The notes under the pieces: generated by a model
What the model was told of the DNA's origin: nothing
Databases searched by the model: none
The model's input: the letters and a program-made list of their open reading frames with translations, nothing else
Translations under genes and position numbers: made by a program
Assembly: GCF_009914755.1 (NCBI RefSeq)
Contig: NC_060927.1
Direction: 5' to 3' (one strand)
Source: the human T2T-CHM13v2.0 reference genome, Homo sapiens
Length of the DNA: 64,000 bases
Shown: positions 12,065 through 26,148 of the stretch, one piece after another
Layout of the letters: each line of letters opens with the position of its first letter
How positions within the stretch are numbered: position 1 is the first letter of the stretch

Positions 12065-13789
12065 CTGGAATAGGCAAAAAGTTTTATTCCCAGCAAGGTA
12101 ATGGAGGTAACAGACAGAACAACGGTTAAAGCATGCATTATAAGTTTGTACTGACAAAACATGAAGTCTTGCTCCAGCCCAATCTGAGAAGGAGGAGCAG
12201 GAAGGTGCAGATATTCTAAAGAAAGTAGTCTTGGAGGATAAAACCCAACAGTATTCACATTCAGTGGTATCTTTTGGAAGCACCCGTCGAAAAGGTACAG
12301 AATATGTATTTTTTCAAGCTACCATAGTAACACCCTTATTTAATCTTCCAACAGCCACAGCAATAAGTATCATCCTTCTCATTGTATATAGTTGCTACTT
12401 CAGGTCAGAGCCATGGAGCAACTGGCCCAAAGTTACCCAGTGGCTCTTCTGGGCTTTGACCCAGTTGGTGAGTACAACAGCTACTTTGCAGTGTTGGCAG
12501 AACAGCTGGAGTACACGTACTGGAGGTAGAAATGGGGATAGAGATGGTATCACAACACATCCAGATCCCTGGGGCATGCAGATCTGTTACCAAATCCTCT
12601 GACTATAAGGTAGGCAAACAAATGTCACAGAGGAGTCAGGCTTCACTCTGATCTTTGCCAGCAGAAAGCTGCTTTTCTAAAACAGGGGTGCTGATGCTAT
12701 GTCTCAAAGCACACGATACATGGGCAGGAAGTTCACATTCTGCCCAGCATGTACACATTAGGTCTCAGTGTGGGCAAGGGAGGGACTAAGTGGCACATGC
12801 TGATAAGGTGGACAGGATGATCACTCTCCCCTTCATGCTATCTGTGTGGGTCTCCTTTCATTCCCGTGACCTGTGCCATTTCCTTCCCATTGCAGGGCCT
12901 TTGCACACACTGTTCCTTCTAACTGAAATGCTCTTCGGTCCTTTCCCTGTCTTGTTAACTTCATTCATTCTACAGGTTTCAGTTCAAGGCTATGTTCCTC
13001 AAAGAAGGGTTCCCACGCCTCTATTTCCAGGACAGTTGGTTCTGGGAGCAGCTGGTCTCTCATCTGTGACACCTGCAACAGCTGCAGCTGTGCATTGGTC
13101 TATATGCCTGTTTTGCTTACCATCAGATTCCTGGGATCTAAATATAATGCTTGGCCCATAGCTGCTGAAGACTAGGAACATAGAGAAAGAAAAGGGGCAT
13201 TCTAAAAACCCTTTTTGTTGAATGAATGAATCTTCTGTGGTGGTTCTGAAACATTTATTGACATGCAGCCAAAAACTCAATAAACCACCTGAGTCCTGAA
13301 GTCCTTTAGCAGGGTCAAAATAAAGTCAGGTGAAGAGAAGGCTTTTTATAACATTCTCATCTGTGCCAGTTCCCCTAAAAAGATTTTAGATTCAAATATT
13401 CAAAAGGTATTTTTAAAGCGATAAATAATTGGATATCCATGGGCAACACATATGGGTAACAGCAACAGTGTTCTGAAGGGAATAAAGGGTAAGATTTTAT
13501 ATAGTTTTCCAATTTCAGACCCATACCTGCTGCCCATATTATCCCTCCCTTCCCTCCCTAACACCTAACCCCTGCCCCACCAAAAAAAAAAAAAAAATTC
13601 TTGGTTTCATAACAACGGCCAAACATTCAGTGTTTCTTTCCAATTCTAACAAGGATGGGCAGTGAAGAAAATTGTGAGGCTTGGTCAACTTCTGCAGCTA
13701 AATACTACATACTTAGGAAAATACTTTCCAGACCTACCCAAACCTACAATAGCATAAATTGTACTTTTCACCCCATATAATACATTGCC

Positions 13790-14295
13790 AGGGTGGCCAC
13801 AGTTCTTAACTCCTCCCTGTATCTGTCCACACCCCCTTACAGTGTAACTTTCCAGCTTCTCCCATCAAGAGTCCTGCCTATTTACCCTCCCGTCCAATCT
13901 AGGCTGAGACTTGCTTTGGCAACAGAATTCAGCAGAAGCGGCACTGGGCCAGTTCCAAGGCCAGGCCTCAAGGGGCCTTGTGTGCTTCTGTTCACGTTCT
14001 TTGAACCCTGCTCAGGCATCACGTGAACAAACCCAGACTAGCCTGCTGGAGGAGGAAAGAAATGTGATCCAGGAACCCCAGTCACCCCTGTCCCCCCGGT
14101 CCCCTGAGCCAAGAGCCAGCCAACCCCCAGAAGCAGACATGCCCAGCTGACTGCAGACACATGAGGTGCTCAGCTGAGCACAGAACCACTCAGATGAACT
14201 CAGCACTGCCAATCCTTAGAACTGTGAGCCACATAAATGACTTGTGTTAAGCCACTATGTTTCAGGATTGTTATGCAGCAAGAAGTAACTGATAA
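13790..14295 (+). mobile_element. MLT1-type (MaLR) LTR
   Basis: 3' end aactgtgagcc...aaatgac...ttaagccactatgtttcaggattgttatgcagcaa...taactgata typical of MLT1. Confidence 0.6.
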
Positions 14296-15969
14296 ATCCC
14301 AGATGTAAGTTATATGCTACAGACTTAAAGCAATTTCCCTGAAACAATAGACAAAACTCTTCGAAGAACTGGAGCTGAGAAAACATTGGAAATTCCTTCT
14401 CCAGGCATGTCAGATCACAGATACCTCACACTGTGGCTTCTGTTAAGTCCTGAACTTGTGATTTCATTGTCCTCATCACTTCCCAGAACCTTTACTCAGG
14501 CCCAACTCCATGAAATTCCAATGAGAAGAAGGATCATTAGAGAAGCAGGACAAGCCCTCCATAGAAAACACTGTTGCAAAACATTTGTTCCAAAGCGGCA
14601 AGAGAAAGTGCAGATACTTTTCCTGTAACATTTGAGGAGCTGGAGCCTCCTAACATGAACACTGAGGTGTAGAAAGAAAGATGGTGATCTTTCCAAAACC
14701 CAGATCCAGTTGTTGTTTCAGAAAACATCATCTGCAGCTGCATGCATGCGGAACTCCAGGTGCCTGGGGTAGAGAAATCTTAGGGAAATGAGCATTTGGT
14801 ATGGTCATGCCTGTGGTGTCAGACACTGCTGTTAGTTACCCACAGCAGTTCCTCCTCTCTTTCTTGCCTTTTGGCAGAACTTACCACCCACAAAAGGTTA
14901 AAACTGCCAGATGGGATTGCTCTCCCAGACTCTCTTGCAGCTAGGAAGGTGTATGTGACCTAGTACTGACCAATGAGATATAGAAGGAAGACCACTGAGG
15001 ACTTCATGATAAAAAAAATAGAGAGATCAATGAGAAGAAAGTGCCTGCACTTCATTCCTGCTTGGAATTCTGCTGAGGGAACGGAGCACTTGGAACTGCC
15101 ACAGGAGCCATTAGGCAACCAATGAAAGGGAACATCTCAGACAAGCTGCAGATGACACAGGGAAGAGATGGAATGAGACTGGGCCCATGTTGACTTTGTT
15201 GAACTGCAGAACCAACCCTAAGACCTGACTTGTTGTTATTAGATTAAAGCAAAAAAAAAAAAGCACTCTTTTAGTAGGGTGTTTAAAACTTGCAGGTGAA
15301 GTCATCACCACTATTTCAAGGGAGACACACATCCCAGCCATGGTGCCCCACCCAAAACCCTGTGATGTGCAGGAATGCTGACTTTGGGAAAAGCAACATG
15401 GCTCTTTAACCTGGTTTCAAAATGTAAAGAGGTCTGCTACAGAGATAACACTTCCTGGAAGAAAACTGCTCAGGACCACTAACACGGCTTGTAACTGGAA
15501 ATTGGTCAGTGCAGTGTAATAAAAAGCCTTAACCTATCTTCACCAGACTCAGATTGGCAATGAAATCTGTTTGATCAATTTGAAAAAAATCAAATGAAAG
15601 ATCAAATGAAAGATCTTTTACTGCTTTAAAATGCAGTATGATGATAGCAAAGCTTTTAGGCATAGAGTACAGGAGGGAAAGAAAATATATACAAGGATTC
15701 CTTGGTGGGGCAAAGGCCATAGCCCTTCATGATCTATCAGCACATGCTGGCACTTGGCCAAAATGAAGAGTTGTCATGCCTGCACTGACCAGAAAAGGAG
15801 CAGGACAGGAAGCTCTCCTCATCTTGAGGTGACCTGATGTTTCAGAACACGTGGCACAAGCACCATTACGCTCATCCTTTCCTGGTGACAAACACCATGA
15901 TGTGAAACCTGCCTGTGAGGTCTGACGAGGGCACCAGTGACAAGGACCCCTCCTAGTCCAACCCCTTAC

Positions 15970-16058
15970 CTTCCAGCACTGGTGCTTGGCGTAGTAATCT
16001 CCCTGTGCAATCCACTCCGCAGGAGTTGAGGTCTTAACGAACATGCTATCATCAAAGT
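15970..16058 (-). CDS. TRANK1: TRANK1 coding exon (89 nt), start of TPR region
   Basis: cattttag|AC TTT GAT...TGG AAG|gtaagg; FDDSMFVKTSTPAEWIAQGDYYAKHQCWK. Confidence 0.9.
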
Positions 16059-16116
16059 CTAAAATGAGAAAGAAAAGTGTGTTTGCTTCTCTGGGCTTTC
16101 TTTCACTTAAAACTGT

Positions 16117-16522
16117 TGTTATGGGCTGAGTTGCATCTCCTCCGCCAGCCATCAAATTCACTTGTTAAAGTCCTAACTCCCGGTACCTCAGAATGTGGCT
16201 GCATTTGGAGAGAGATAGGGCCTTTACAGAGGTGACTAGGTTAAAATGAGGCCATTAGGATGGCCCCTCATCCAATCTCACTGGTGTCCTTAGAAGAAAT
16301 TAGAACACGGGGCGACCCCAGGGGCAAGAGAGCACAGAGGAAAGACCACGTGAGGACACAGAGTGGCTGGCTGCAAACCAAGGAGAGAGGCCTCAGAAGA
16401 AACCAACCCTGCCAACACCTTGATCTTGGACTTCTAGCCTTCAGAACTGTGAGAAAATACATCTCTGTTGTTTAGGCCATCTAGTCTGTAGTATTCTGTT
16501 ATGGCAGTCAGAGCAGACTGAC
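16117..16522 (+). mobile_element. MLT1A/B-like LTR
   Basis: tgttatgggctgagttg...ggacttctagccttcagaactgtgagaaaatacatctctgttgttta...ttatggcag. Confidence 0.75.
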
Positions 16523-17526
16523 CTGTGTTGTCTTTCTAGTATTCATGTAAGATATATTTTAACTTACCAAACCACATTTGTGAGGTTATTGAAAGGAGGA
16601 GGTAGAGGGGAGAAAGGATGTGGTTTGGTTTTTAAGTTTTGGTCTACTTTCCTATTCTATGGCTACAAATCAGAAGACAGAAATTAAAAATTCCTCCTTG
16701 AAAACCCAAAGTCAAGTGGCTCTTAGCAAGCTCCCAGGCCAGGGCTTCAGCAAGAAAAAAAAGGTGACAAATTTTACACTATTTCCAAATGTGCAAACTT
16801 TGCCCTCATCACAATAAGTAATCTGACACATTCCTATTGGTGGACAGAGACCATTGTCACCACCTGCTGTCCATCCCTTCTGTTATCCTCACTAGCCTGC
16901 TGGTGACTATTTCAGCACTGCACCCCACCCCCACCCTGCCACCTGCATCCCCCAGAGTATCACTAGACAATGGGTGACAATCCCTGCAAGTTCTGAGCCA
17001 CAGATTCATGAAACACACAAAATACAGTGAATACCAGGGTAATACTGGCAGACAAATCAGAGCTGAAGGAATCAGAGACACCTAGGCCAATGGATATCAA
17101 CAGGGGAGTGAGGCAGACAGGTCAGATTTGTTTAGAAGGTGCAAAAACACGTTAAGCATCACAACCTGATCCCTCCCTGCTCGCCCTCTGCTGGTGCTGT
17201 GTAGCAGTACAGTGATGACTTAGCATCTTGTTCTGACTCCGTATGTGCTGCTATGAGTGCCCCTGTGACATTTAATTCCCACGGCAAAACCCCATCCATA
17301 TTATCTCAAAATAGGGCCAGTGAACTCTGCAGATGCCATGTAAAAGAAACACAAATTACATAATCACCATACTGAATCCAAACACAATGGGAACAGATGC
17401 TTTAGAAGACTTTACTATGTACAACTTAAAATTTGTAATTAAGACTGCACTTTTTCTTGCATTCTTAATGCTGCCAAAACATAAAATAAATTGTGATCTG
17501 TTTTCATTTTGAATTTTTAAATTTAA

Positions 17527-17887
<361 letters not shown>

Positions 17888-18647
17888 TAGTGGATGCCAG
17901 AACATACTTGGGGAATAAAGGGGGATGAGCTGAAGGAAAGATTGAGAATGCCCATGCTAGGCCAATCCACTCATTTTCCTTTGGGAGAGAAGGTGGGACC
18001 TGAACAAGGTCATGTCATTACACAGGTAGAAAGTTTTTATGAGAAGCTATGTTTTGTTTTTTTAACTCCTAGCCTTTGACTTTTCCCATCACAATAGTCA
18101 AGTCTTAGGATAAGAAATCTAATCCTAGTCGCCAACCGAGCCATCAGTAATAACCAGAAATAGCCTCCAAACTGGCTGAGGAATGCTCAGGACAAACCTC
18201 TCTCCAGCAGCCAAACTCTGCTCCTTGCTCTACCCTTATAGAAATGAACAATAGCCTTGAGGAGACGACTTGACAACTAACCCTCAAGAAAGACAACAAT
18301 TTTCTCCTTCATGAAGGGCTGATTATTTCTCTTCTCAGTTATCGTATCAGGAGAACTTCACTTCGTTAGGTAGCCTTTGCAAATTATGAAAAAAAAATAC
18401 ACAATTAAAAAAAAACCCTGCAAATAGCACAGAGGTAAGAAGGTGAAAAGTAAAAAGTGTCCATATCTACTCGACAACCCCATACCCACCAATCCTAGCA
18501 TGAGAGGTAATCACTATAAACAGTTTTGCAACAGAAATAATAGGTGTATACATGAATTTATATGCATGCTATCTCTCCAAACTCTTGCTATTTAAACCCT
18601 TGTTACCCATAATCAGGAACTGAATACAGATAAGTTTTCTGATTAAT

Positions 18648-18708
18648 TCCTTACTATCTGAACTATCGGTTCTTACTATCTGAACTAAGAGTTCTTACTG
18701 TCTGAACT
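18648..18708. repeat. ~22-bp tandem repeat x3 (ttcttactatctgaacta..g)
   Basis: Three diverged copies visible. Confidence 0.8.
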
Positions 18709-19595
18709 CTTAGTTTCCTTGTTTTGTGAAACTCGGAAACCAAACAGATTCAGACAACCTGTTAACTCAGTAGCTGAACCCTCACAAACCCAGTTCTTGT
18801 TAAACAAACTCAGGAAATGAATTGGGTTTGATGGTTAAAGACACTTCAGTAGGTATTTGTATATATACACATACATACATACGCATGCATAAACATTCTA
18901 TTCTGATATATACTGATATGCATAAAGTTTTTATATTTGCATAATATAAAGTTACTTATAAATTATATCATTCTACCCATACTGTTTTAAATTTATCTTT
19001 CACCCAATACATCTTGAACATCTTTCCTTAGCAGTAAATGACAATCCACATCCTTTTTCTCTTTAATGGTTGCATAGTAGTCCCCTGAAAGAAATGAATT
19101 TAGCCTTTCCCTCATTGGTGGACACTTAGATTGTTTTTAGTTTCTTGTAACTACAAACAGGGTTGTGATGAGCATACTTACGCAGGTATCTTTGAGATTT
19201 TGAACACAAATATCTCAGATATATCCCTACAAGTGGAACTGTTGGGTCAAAGTATGTACCATCTTTATTTTGATAGATACTGTTAATCAGCTGTACAAAC
19301 ACTCATAGCACTTTGTATTCTCCCAAAAGGGCCTATTTCCTCTAGCCCTGTCCATAATCCCCACTTTTAAAGGACAAATAAAAGATCTTCCCTGAAGGAG
19401 TTAACCTTCCCAATCCCACTACAGCTACACTTTCCCATGCACCTTGGCAAATGTGTAACAACTTCCATTTCTCAGAAGATTGTGGAAAAGAAAGAAAGCA
19501 CTTTCAAAATACCACACCTTTTATTCCTGACCATAAGAACAGTTGAGAGAAACACGATTCCTCCATCAGTTAAGAGTATTTTAACAGGATCTTAC

Positions 19596-19752
19596 CTTTA
19601 TTTTCATCTGTCTTTACAACTTGGACAAAATCTCTTCTAATGAAATATTTGAATGCGGGAGCCCGTTTCTCTCGGTTTTCATCAAAGATCCAGAGGTTGA
19701 CCCGAGCCCGTGTGATGGCGGTGTACAGCTGCTTCAGCTCTCCGTTGAGGAG
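19596..19752 (-). CDS. TRANK1: TRANK1 coding exon (157 nt), helicase motif VI
   Basis: atctttag|CTC CTC AAC...AAT AAA G|gtaag; ELKQLYTAITRARVNLWIFDE matches UvrD motif VI (LYVAITRAR). Confidence 0.94.
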
Positions 19753-20547
19753 CTAAAGATAACATTGAGGACAAAGATGATGAGCCATTTGTCTATAGCT
19801 ACAAAGTGACACACTTCAATGGGCTTACTCTAATTTTGGAAAAACACAAAAACTAAATTTTAGAGAAGCATAGCACAGCTGAGAACAGGATACCAGGAGC
19901 TCACTGTGGCCACAGCACAGGTAAGTGAGGCTCCAGTGAGGCTATGAGAAACTCCACCTCTTTCCCACCTAAGCAGGAAGTGAGCATGCCATCTGTATAG
20001 GATGACCTTTGAATCAGCCATAATTTTTTTTCCTGTTTTTGCTATAATTATTTTAAGAGTTAATTCTGAAGTAATTATAGACTCACTGAAAGTTACAGTG
20101 GAAGATTCACTGGAAGAGTACAGACAGACCCCGTGTACTCAGTTTATCCCAAAGATTACATCTTACACAATTGCTGTGATTTATTTTTAAAAATTAAACC
20201 AGTCATACACTTTTACTATAACTATCACTAGTACTGAATTACTCCAAACCTACCTTATGATTGCATCAAAATTTCTGAACAAAGCTGAGTTCCAGAGGTG
20301 AACTAGAAAGGACAACCCTTCTCCTTCCGTTTTCAGACAGTATCCACCCATCAAGCCCAGTTCTCTACTAAAAAAAATGGAATTTACCAAAACTGAGATC
20401 CCTGCCCCTTCCTTTCTTATCCTCAATTCCCCGTTGCTGAGGAAAACCAGCCAAGTGCAAGCTCCATTTTTCCTCTCATCTTCTCTTCCAAGCCTTTTTC
20501 ACTACTTCCATGTCAAGTACATGTGTTGACAAATGGCAGAAATTCAC

Positions 20548-20694
20548 CTTGTACATTTCTGGATTCACCATGAGAGATCGACCCTGAGAAGAGCCTGGTT
20601 TGTCCAGGGGTACTTCAACCAATGGCCGGTTTTCCTCTCTGGAGTCAGTTGAGGTAGGTGTGAATGAGGAAATGATCTTCCATTCCTTATAAGC
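20548..20694 (-). CDS. TRANK1: TRANK1 coding exon (147 nt, phase 0-0)
   Basis: gttgttcag|GCT TAT AAG...TAC AAG|gtgaat; AYKEWKIISSFTPTSTDSREEN...NPEMYK. Confidence 0.88.
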
Positions 20695-21389
20695 CTGAAC
20701 AACAACAAAAAAGTGAAGACCAACAGAATATGCTTTTGAACTACGCATACAGCCTCCCTGAGCTTCATGGAAAACTAAGCCTCATCGGGGGACCAGGCCT
20801 TCAACCCCAACTTTGAGAAAGATCCATCCTGTGATCTTAGAATGGATAGGAGGGAGATTAACTTGCACAAGCAGAGATCAGGGAAGTTGTGAAAATTCCC
20901 CACACACTACACCAAGAAGCTAAGAAGCCAGGCACACATGACCACTTCCAGGGAAGAATGCTAAGGGCTCAGGGAGTTATTCTCATTGAAAGAATTTCTA
21001 CAATCAGTATGGACAGGGGAATCCCCACCCCTTCTCAAAACATGGTTAAGAGATGCACATAGGGTCAGCCGTTAAGATACATGTGGCAGAATTTTCTAAC
21101 TAAATTATTTAACCGAGGATGAAGAAAATCCAGTGCTATGGTGTGCAAGGTAGACTCTGAGGTCAGACAGAACAAATTTGTATCTCAGTTCTTCCATTTA
21201 TTAATTATGCAACCTCGAACACATTGTTTATTCTCCTGCTCTATAAAATGAGAATAATAATACTCAACTTTGTTGGGAAAATAAAAACAGATAATCAGTG
21301 TCAAATGTCTAGTACAATGTTTAATAGTTGACATTTTACCCATTTTTTTCCTTTACCCAAAAGCCAAAACCAAAGTGACTACAAACACC

Positions 21390-21725
21390 AGGGGTTGCTA
21401 AATTTTTTCTTTAAAATGTCAAATAATAAATATTGTTATCATTGCGGGTCACATGATCTCTCTTTGCAACTACTCAATTCTGTCATTTTGGTGCTAAACC
21501 AGCCACAGTCAACAAGTAAATGAATGAGTGTGTCATGTTCCAACAAAACTTTATTTGGGAACACTGAATCAAATTTAATATAATTTTTATATACCATAAA
21601 ATATTATTCTCCTTTGGGTTTTTTTTCTGGCCATTTAAAAATGTGAAAATCCTTCTTGGCCCACATGCCATAAAAAAACTCCGGTAGTCTGGATTTGGCC
21701 AACAGGCTGTAGTTTACAGACCCCA
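21390..21725 (+). mobile_element. MER58-like hAT-Charlie relic
   Basis: caggggttgctaaatttttt...ggctgtagtttacagacccc termini; internal aaaactttattt...aacactgaat. Confidence 0.6.
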
Positions 21726-23844
21726 GTAAAACTGAAGTGCCCAGATTACATGCAGAATTTAGAATTCAAAATTCTTAAGAAACTTCATATTTCATACTTT
21801 CCTGTGTCTTGTGAGAGTAGCTCTCCTAGCCTTTACTTTTCTTTTTATAAAATGGTGCTACTTGCCATCTATGTAACTTTTAAAGCATGCTGAAAAGGTG
21901 AAGTGGATAGAGTTTACTACCTGCCTTAAGTTACTCCATCACTTGAACTATGTAAACAAGGTTAAATGCCTTAAACACTGTCTATTAAATAGGAATGGTT
22001 ATGCTACTAATCAATTATAGTACTAATCACCATGTTTTGAAATCATGAAATCACTTAGGTAGTTGGAAGGTTTAAAACAATCTTCAGGACATATTTGTGA
22101 CTGTCCTTTTTGTGAAGCTATGCAGACAACAAAATTGTTTACCAAGGAAAGTAGGCAGAAGACACAAGTGTTTGACATTTGAGAGGATCCTCCTGGCAGG
22201 TAGCATGAGATACGGACTGGCTAATATTGAAAGGGCTAAGGAAGAACAGGGTATTTTAAAACAGCTGTAAGAGAAGCAAAAGCTGCTCAGATGGCACATG
22301 AATGGCCTGTTTCATGAATCAAACATATTTTATTTCCAAGGTGGGGCCTTTTAGGAGTGCGCTTATGTACTTGTAGCAAGGATACAGGCCTACAGCACTT
22401 GGGGGAATAAAAGCAGGAAAATTTAAAGTCTTCCAGTTTCTTTTCTTGGTACTATCAATTGTGAAGGAAAAGGCTTAGATTTTACTAGCAATCCTACCTT
22501 TGAGGGGCCTATTCTCTAGGTCAATTAGACAACCCATAAAGGTTGTAGTTTTCACAGTCCCTTCTGTCCCACCGCCATGAGTATGAAAGAAAGGAGGTCC
22601 CACTGGGGCAAGGTATAAATGGCAGTTACCCTTCTAAGTCCCCACAGAAGGATAGCTTGAGGGTGACTGGAAGAATGACTTCCTCTCCCCCAAAAAGAAG
22701 GCAACATCCTACAAAAAGCTTTGGGGTAGCCATTCTGTGGTCCCTTTCACATCTCAAGAGATGGCTCTGGTGACCATGTGGTTCAACAGGTAACAATAAA
22801 CCCTCCAGAGAGAAGAATCACAAACCAGGCCAACAAGCCCCATACCCCTCAACCCACCCACATATAAGCCCAGATAACAGCTGCTTCAAAGACAGAGCTT
22901 GCCTGAAATATAAATGAGATGGAAGAAGAGGTCAAGGAGAGAGAGGAGCTCTCCACAGTTCCCCAAGTTCAAATAGCAATCACTGTTCAGCAGCCTTCAG
23001 TTACCTTGAAAGAAACCCCATGTAAGCAGCCAGACCACAGGAGGCTGGGGATATATGGGACCTGTCTTTCCTCTCCTTTTATGAAAGCGTTTCCTCTCAT
23101 CTGCTGACTGACTCCCTTTGGCCTGGAGGTTGTAAATGATAAACTGAGAGTGTGCTTTGGGCCAGGGAATGCATGGTCACATTAACACTGGGAAGAACCC
23201 CAACCAAAGTATTTTCCAAAGTCTTACTGTGTACACAGGATGAAGTGGATGTTTACAAAAGATTCTGTTTGGGATTGTTTTAGTTTCAGGCAACTCCCTG
23301 AGCCATTGGTGGGAGCACCGGGTCAAGATACCTGAGCCTTGGCCACTTCCAGGATCAAGGTAAGACACATAACTGGATTTTTCTTTCACAAATAGAGCCA
23401 ACCACAATTTACAGATCCTTAAGTCCAGAGCTCCTTGAGCTTCTTACTCGCACAAGCATACAACTGGTACTTAATAAAGAACAGAAACAACAAAGTCTTA
23501 CCCTTCCTCTTTTAGGAGAGCCTCAGTCCAACCATGACCGATGGATGTATCATTAGAAAAAAAAGTTAGTCCTCAGAGGTAAAAATGGTTCCAGGGTTAA
23601 TGAGTGTGCATCTGATTTTATTAGCAAAATTTAACAGGAAAGGAATGTACATAAGGAACAGCAATGATACACTAATTGTGGAAGGTTCTGGAATTCAATT
23701 CGCATGCGAGGCTTTAAAAGGAAGGAAAATGGAAAGAGATTTAGAACTCAAAGCATCTGAGTTCATCTCCAGGCTCTGCCATCTACATTACGACTATGAG
23801 AAATGTACTAATCTCAGTGACCTTCTGCTTTATCTACAGATAAA

Positions 23845-23978
23845 GGTGGCTCATGCTTATAATCTCAGCACTTCGGGAGGCCAAGGCAGGAAGATTACTT
23901 AAGGCCAGGAGTTTGAGACCAGCCTGGGCAACACAGCAAGACCATATCTCTATAAAAATAAAAATAAATTTTAAAAAA
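23845..23978 (+). mobile_element. FLAM/Alu monomer inside a MIR-like relic
   Basis: Single Alu left arm with A-rich tail. Confidence 0.75.
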
Positions 23979-25066
23979 TAGAATGAGAGTAATAAAAATA
24001 CATATAACCTCAGAGGGTTGGTGGAGTGAGACAATGACTTCAAAAAGTACTCTGTAAACTGCAAAGCACCTATATCAATATTGTAATAGTTGTGCTATTA
24101 AGGCAAAATAACATTTAAAAAATGATAAGAAAAAAAGGAAGGACTCTATCTAAAGGGTCAGTTCTGGGGCAGATTTTTAAAGTGTTAAAGCCAACAGTGC
24201 TCTTGACTTGGGTATAACATAGCCCCTTCAAGCATGCATCATGTGCAAAGGAAGTCTGCAACAAGGACTGGGACACAGCCAGCTAAGTCCCCAGAGAAGA
24301 CCCCACAGTACAGTCAGCAGCCAGCTTGAGTCTCCACCAAAAGATAGTGGGAAAGAGAAAACAGTGGCTAGAAAACCCAGGACAACGGCTGTGAGTTGGT
24401 AGCTCTACCCATAATGAACTAAGCTTGGGGAGAAAAACCCACAAGGACTCAGGAGCCAAGTGAAAGCAGTGGACCAATACAGAGGTCACTGGGGGTCAAT
24501 GTGGGGACTCTTTGGCTGCCATCATCTGCATGAGCTGCAAGCAGTGGTAGTGAAGCCATGCTAGAGGGGTCTCTCATGCAAGGAAGCTGTTCTTGTCCCC
24601 CACATTACCTGATCCAGAGGGCAGGAACCAAGCCTCATTTGTCTTCCTGGAATTGTCTCTATCTATGAACTGACCTTACCCAGTTCTGTCATCACAGGGT
24701 GGACATTGCTAACCTTGGCTTCATCTGTAAGGCTCTCCTTAGAGCTTGCTCCAACTTGGGCATCCCTGGGAGCCAAGGATAACAGTGGCTAATGAGAACT
24801 GGACACTGGCACTTGGGTACTAGAGAGCCAAAGAAGGGCAGGGCACAGGGGGAACTAGCCCATGACACACTGTGAAACAACCCACAGCTAATGTCAAAAC
24901 CCACATCTAAACACACAAAACCTCATACTGAATGAATGATGCTCTAAAACACAAACAGGAGCCTGTGATAAACTCTCTTACCCTCAACTCCAAATTCTCT
25001 TCCCCAGAGGGAAGTTCAGCTCATACATAAATATTCATTGTGTGAAAAGAATTAGGTGTGACATAC

Positions 25067-25204
25067 CTCAGAATCAGTAAAAAAGTTGTAAAGGAGGACA
25101 TCATCAAATTCTAAGCCTTTTGCTTCATAAATTGTTAGCACAAGTGCTAACCCCAGCTCTTCTGGAATTTTCTCCTTTGCCGTTTCATTGGCCACAAGGA
25201 TTAC
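25067..25204 (-). CDS. TRANK1: TRANK1 coding exon (138 nt), helicase motif V
   Basis: ttcttcag|GTA ATC CTT...TCT GAG|gtatgt; VILVANETAKEKIPEELGLALVLTIYEAKGLEFDDVLLYNFFTDSE (UvrD motif V TIHxAKGLEF); not in the ORF track. Confidence 0.93.
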
Positions 25205-25493
25205 CTGAAGAAAAACAAAAGAACATCAAATTCTACAGAGAAAACCCCAGTAAGCCTCAGTCTATTTCTATGGGAGATAGGTAATGTTTTTAAAGAGAAA
25301 TGGCCAGCATAAACATGGTCAGGCAGGCCAGGGGAAAGATTGAAACACTTGGTCACTCAGCCATCTCTGGAACTCACCCACTGTGGGACAGGGACTATTT
25401 TTAATGCTACTTTGTGGTATAATTTAGCTTCTCAAACTTTTTTCAATTGCAAACTGTCTTTTATTTCAAAACATAAAATCCCAAGCAGCTCAC

Positions 25494-25693
25494 CTGGTGG
25501 GCTCCAAATTCAATGGGCTGAGTTTTCCTTTTATTCCCTCGTAGCAAAATTGCCAAGTCGCTTACACTACAAGACTCCAGAACAGTTGGCTTAGGACCAT
25601 CAAAGAGGCCAGAATCCCTTGGAAGGCGATCAAAAGATTCTGGGAAATAGAACTGAAGTAAATCCACCACTCCAGATGCCAGATTGAGGATTC
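25494..25693 (-). CDS. TRANK1: TRANK1 coding exon (200 nt), helicase RecA2 region
   Basis: ttcattccag|GA ATC CTC AAT...CAC CAG|gtgagc; ILNLASGVVDLLQFYFPESFDRLP...FGAHQ. Confidence 0.93.
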
Positions 25694-26007
25694 CTGGAAT
25701 GAAACAGAAAACCCAAGTTGGATAATTAACAACATGGCTGAGTTTTTTGGTTATTTGGGGTGGGGGACATGTTTTTCCTGAGAAGCAGGTTTGGCCCCTA
25801 CAGTATGTATAATTGCAAGCCCGTTTTCAGTTCCCATTTGATTACCTCTGCAGCCCTGAGCTCTCTGGGTGCAGGGGATGAGAAGGCAGAGATATGTTGC
25901 TGTGCTGAGAGAGTTTTGTGGGATCTCATTCCCAACCTATATTCATATTAGAGAAAATTACCTCACAAAGAAGAGTCAAGGCAAAAATGTAATATAAACA
26001 ATGAGAC

Positions 26008-26148
26008 CTCAGGAGGCTGAGGCAGGAGAATCGCTTGAACCCAGGAAGCGGAGGTTGCAGTAAGCCAAGATCACACCTCAGCACACTCCAGCATGGGTGA
26101 CAGAGCGAGACTCCATCTCAATTAAAAAAAAAAACAAAAAAAAAAAAC
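26008..26148 (+). mobile_element. 5'-truncated Alu (right arm)
   Basis: Right arm plus A tail flanked by TSD aaacaatgaga. Confidence 0.85.
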
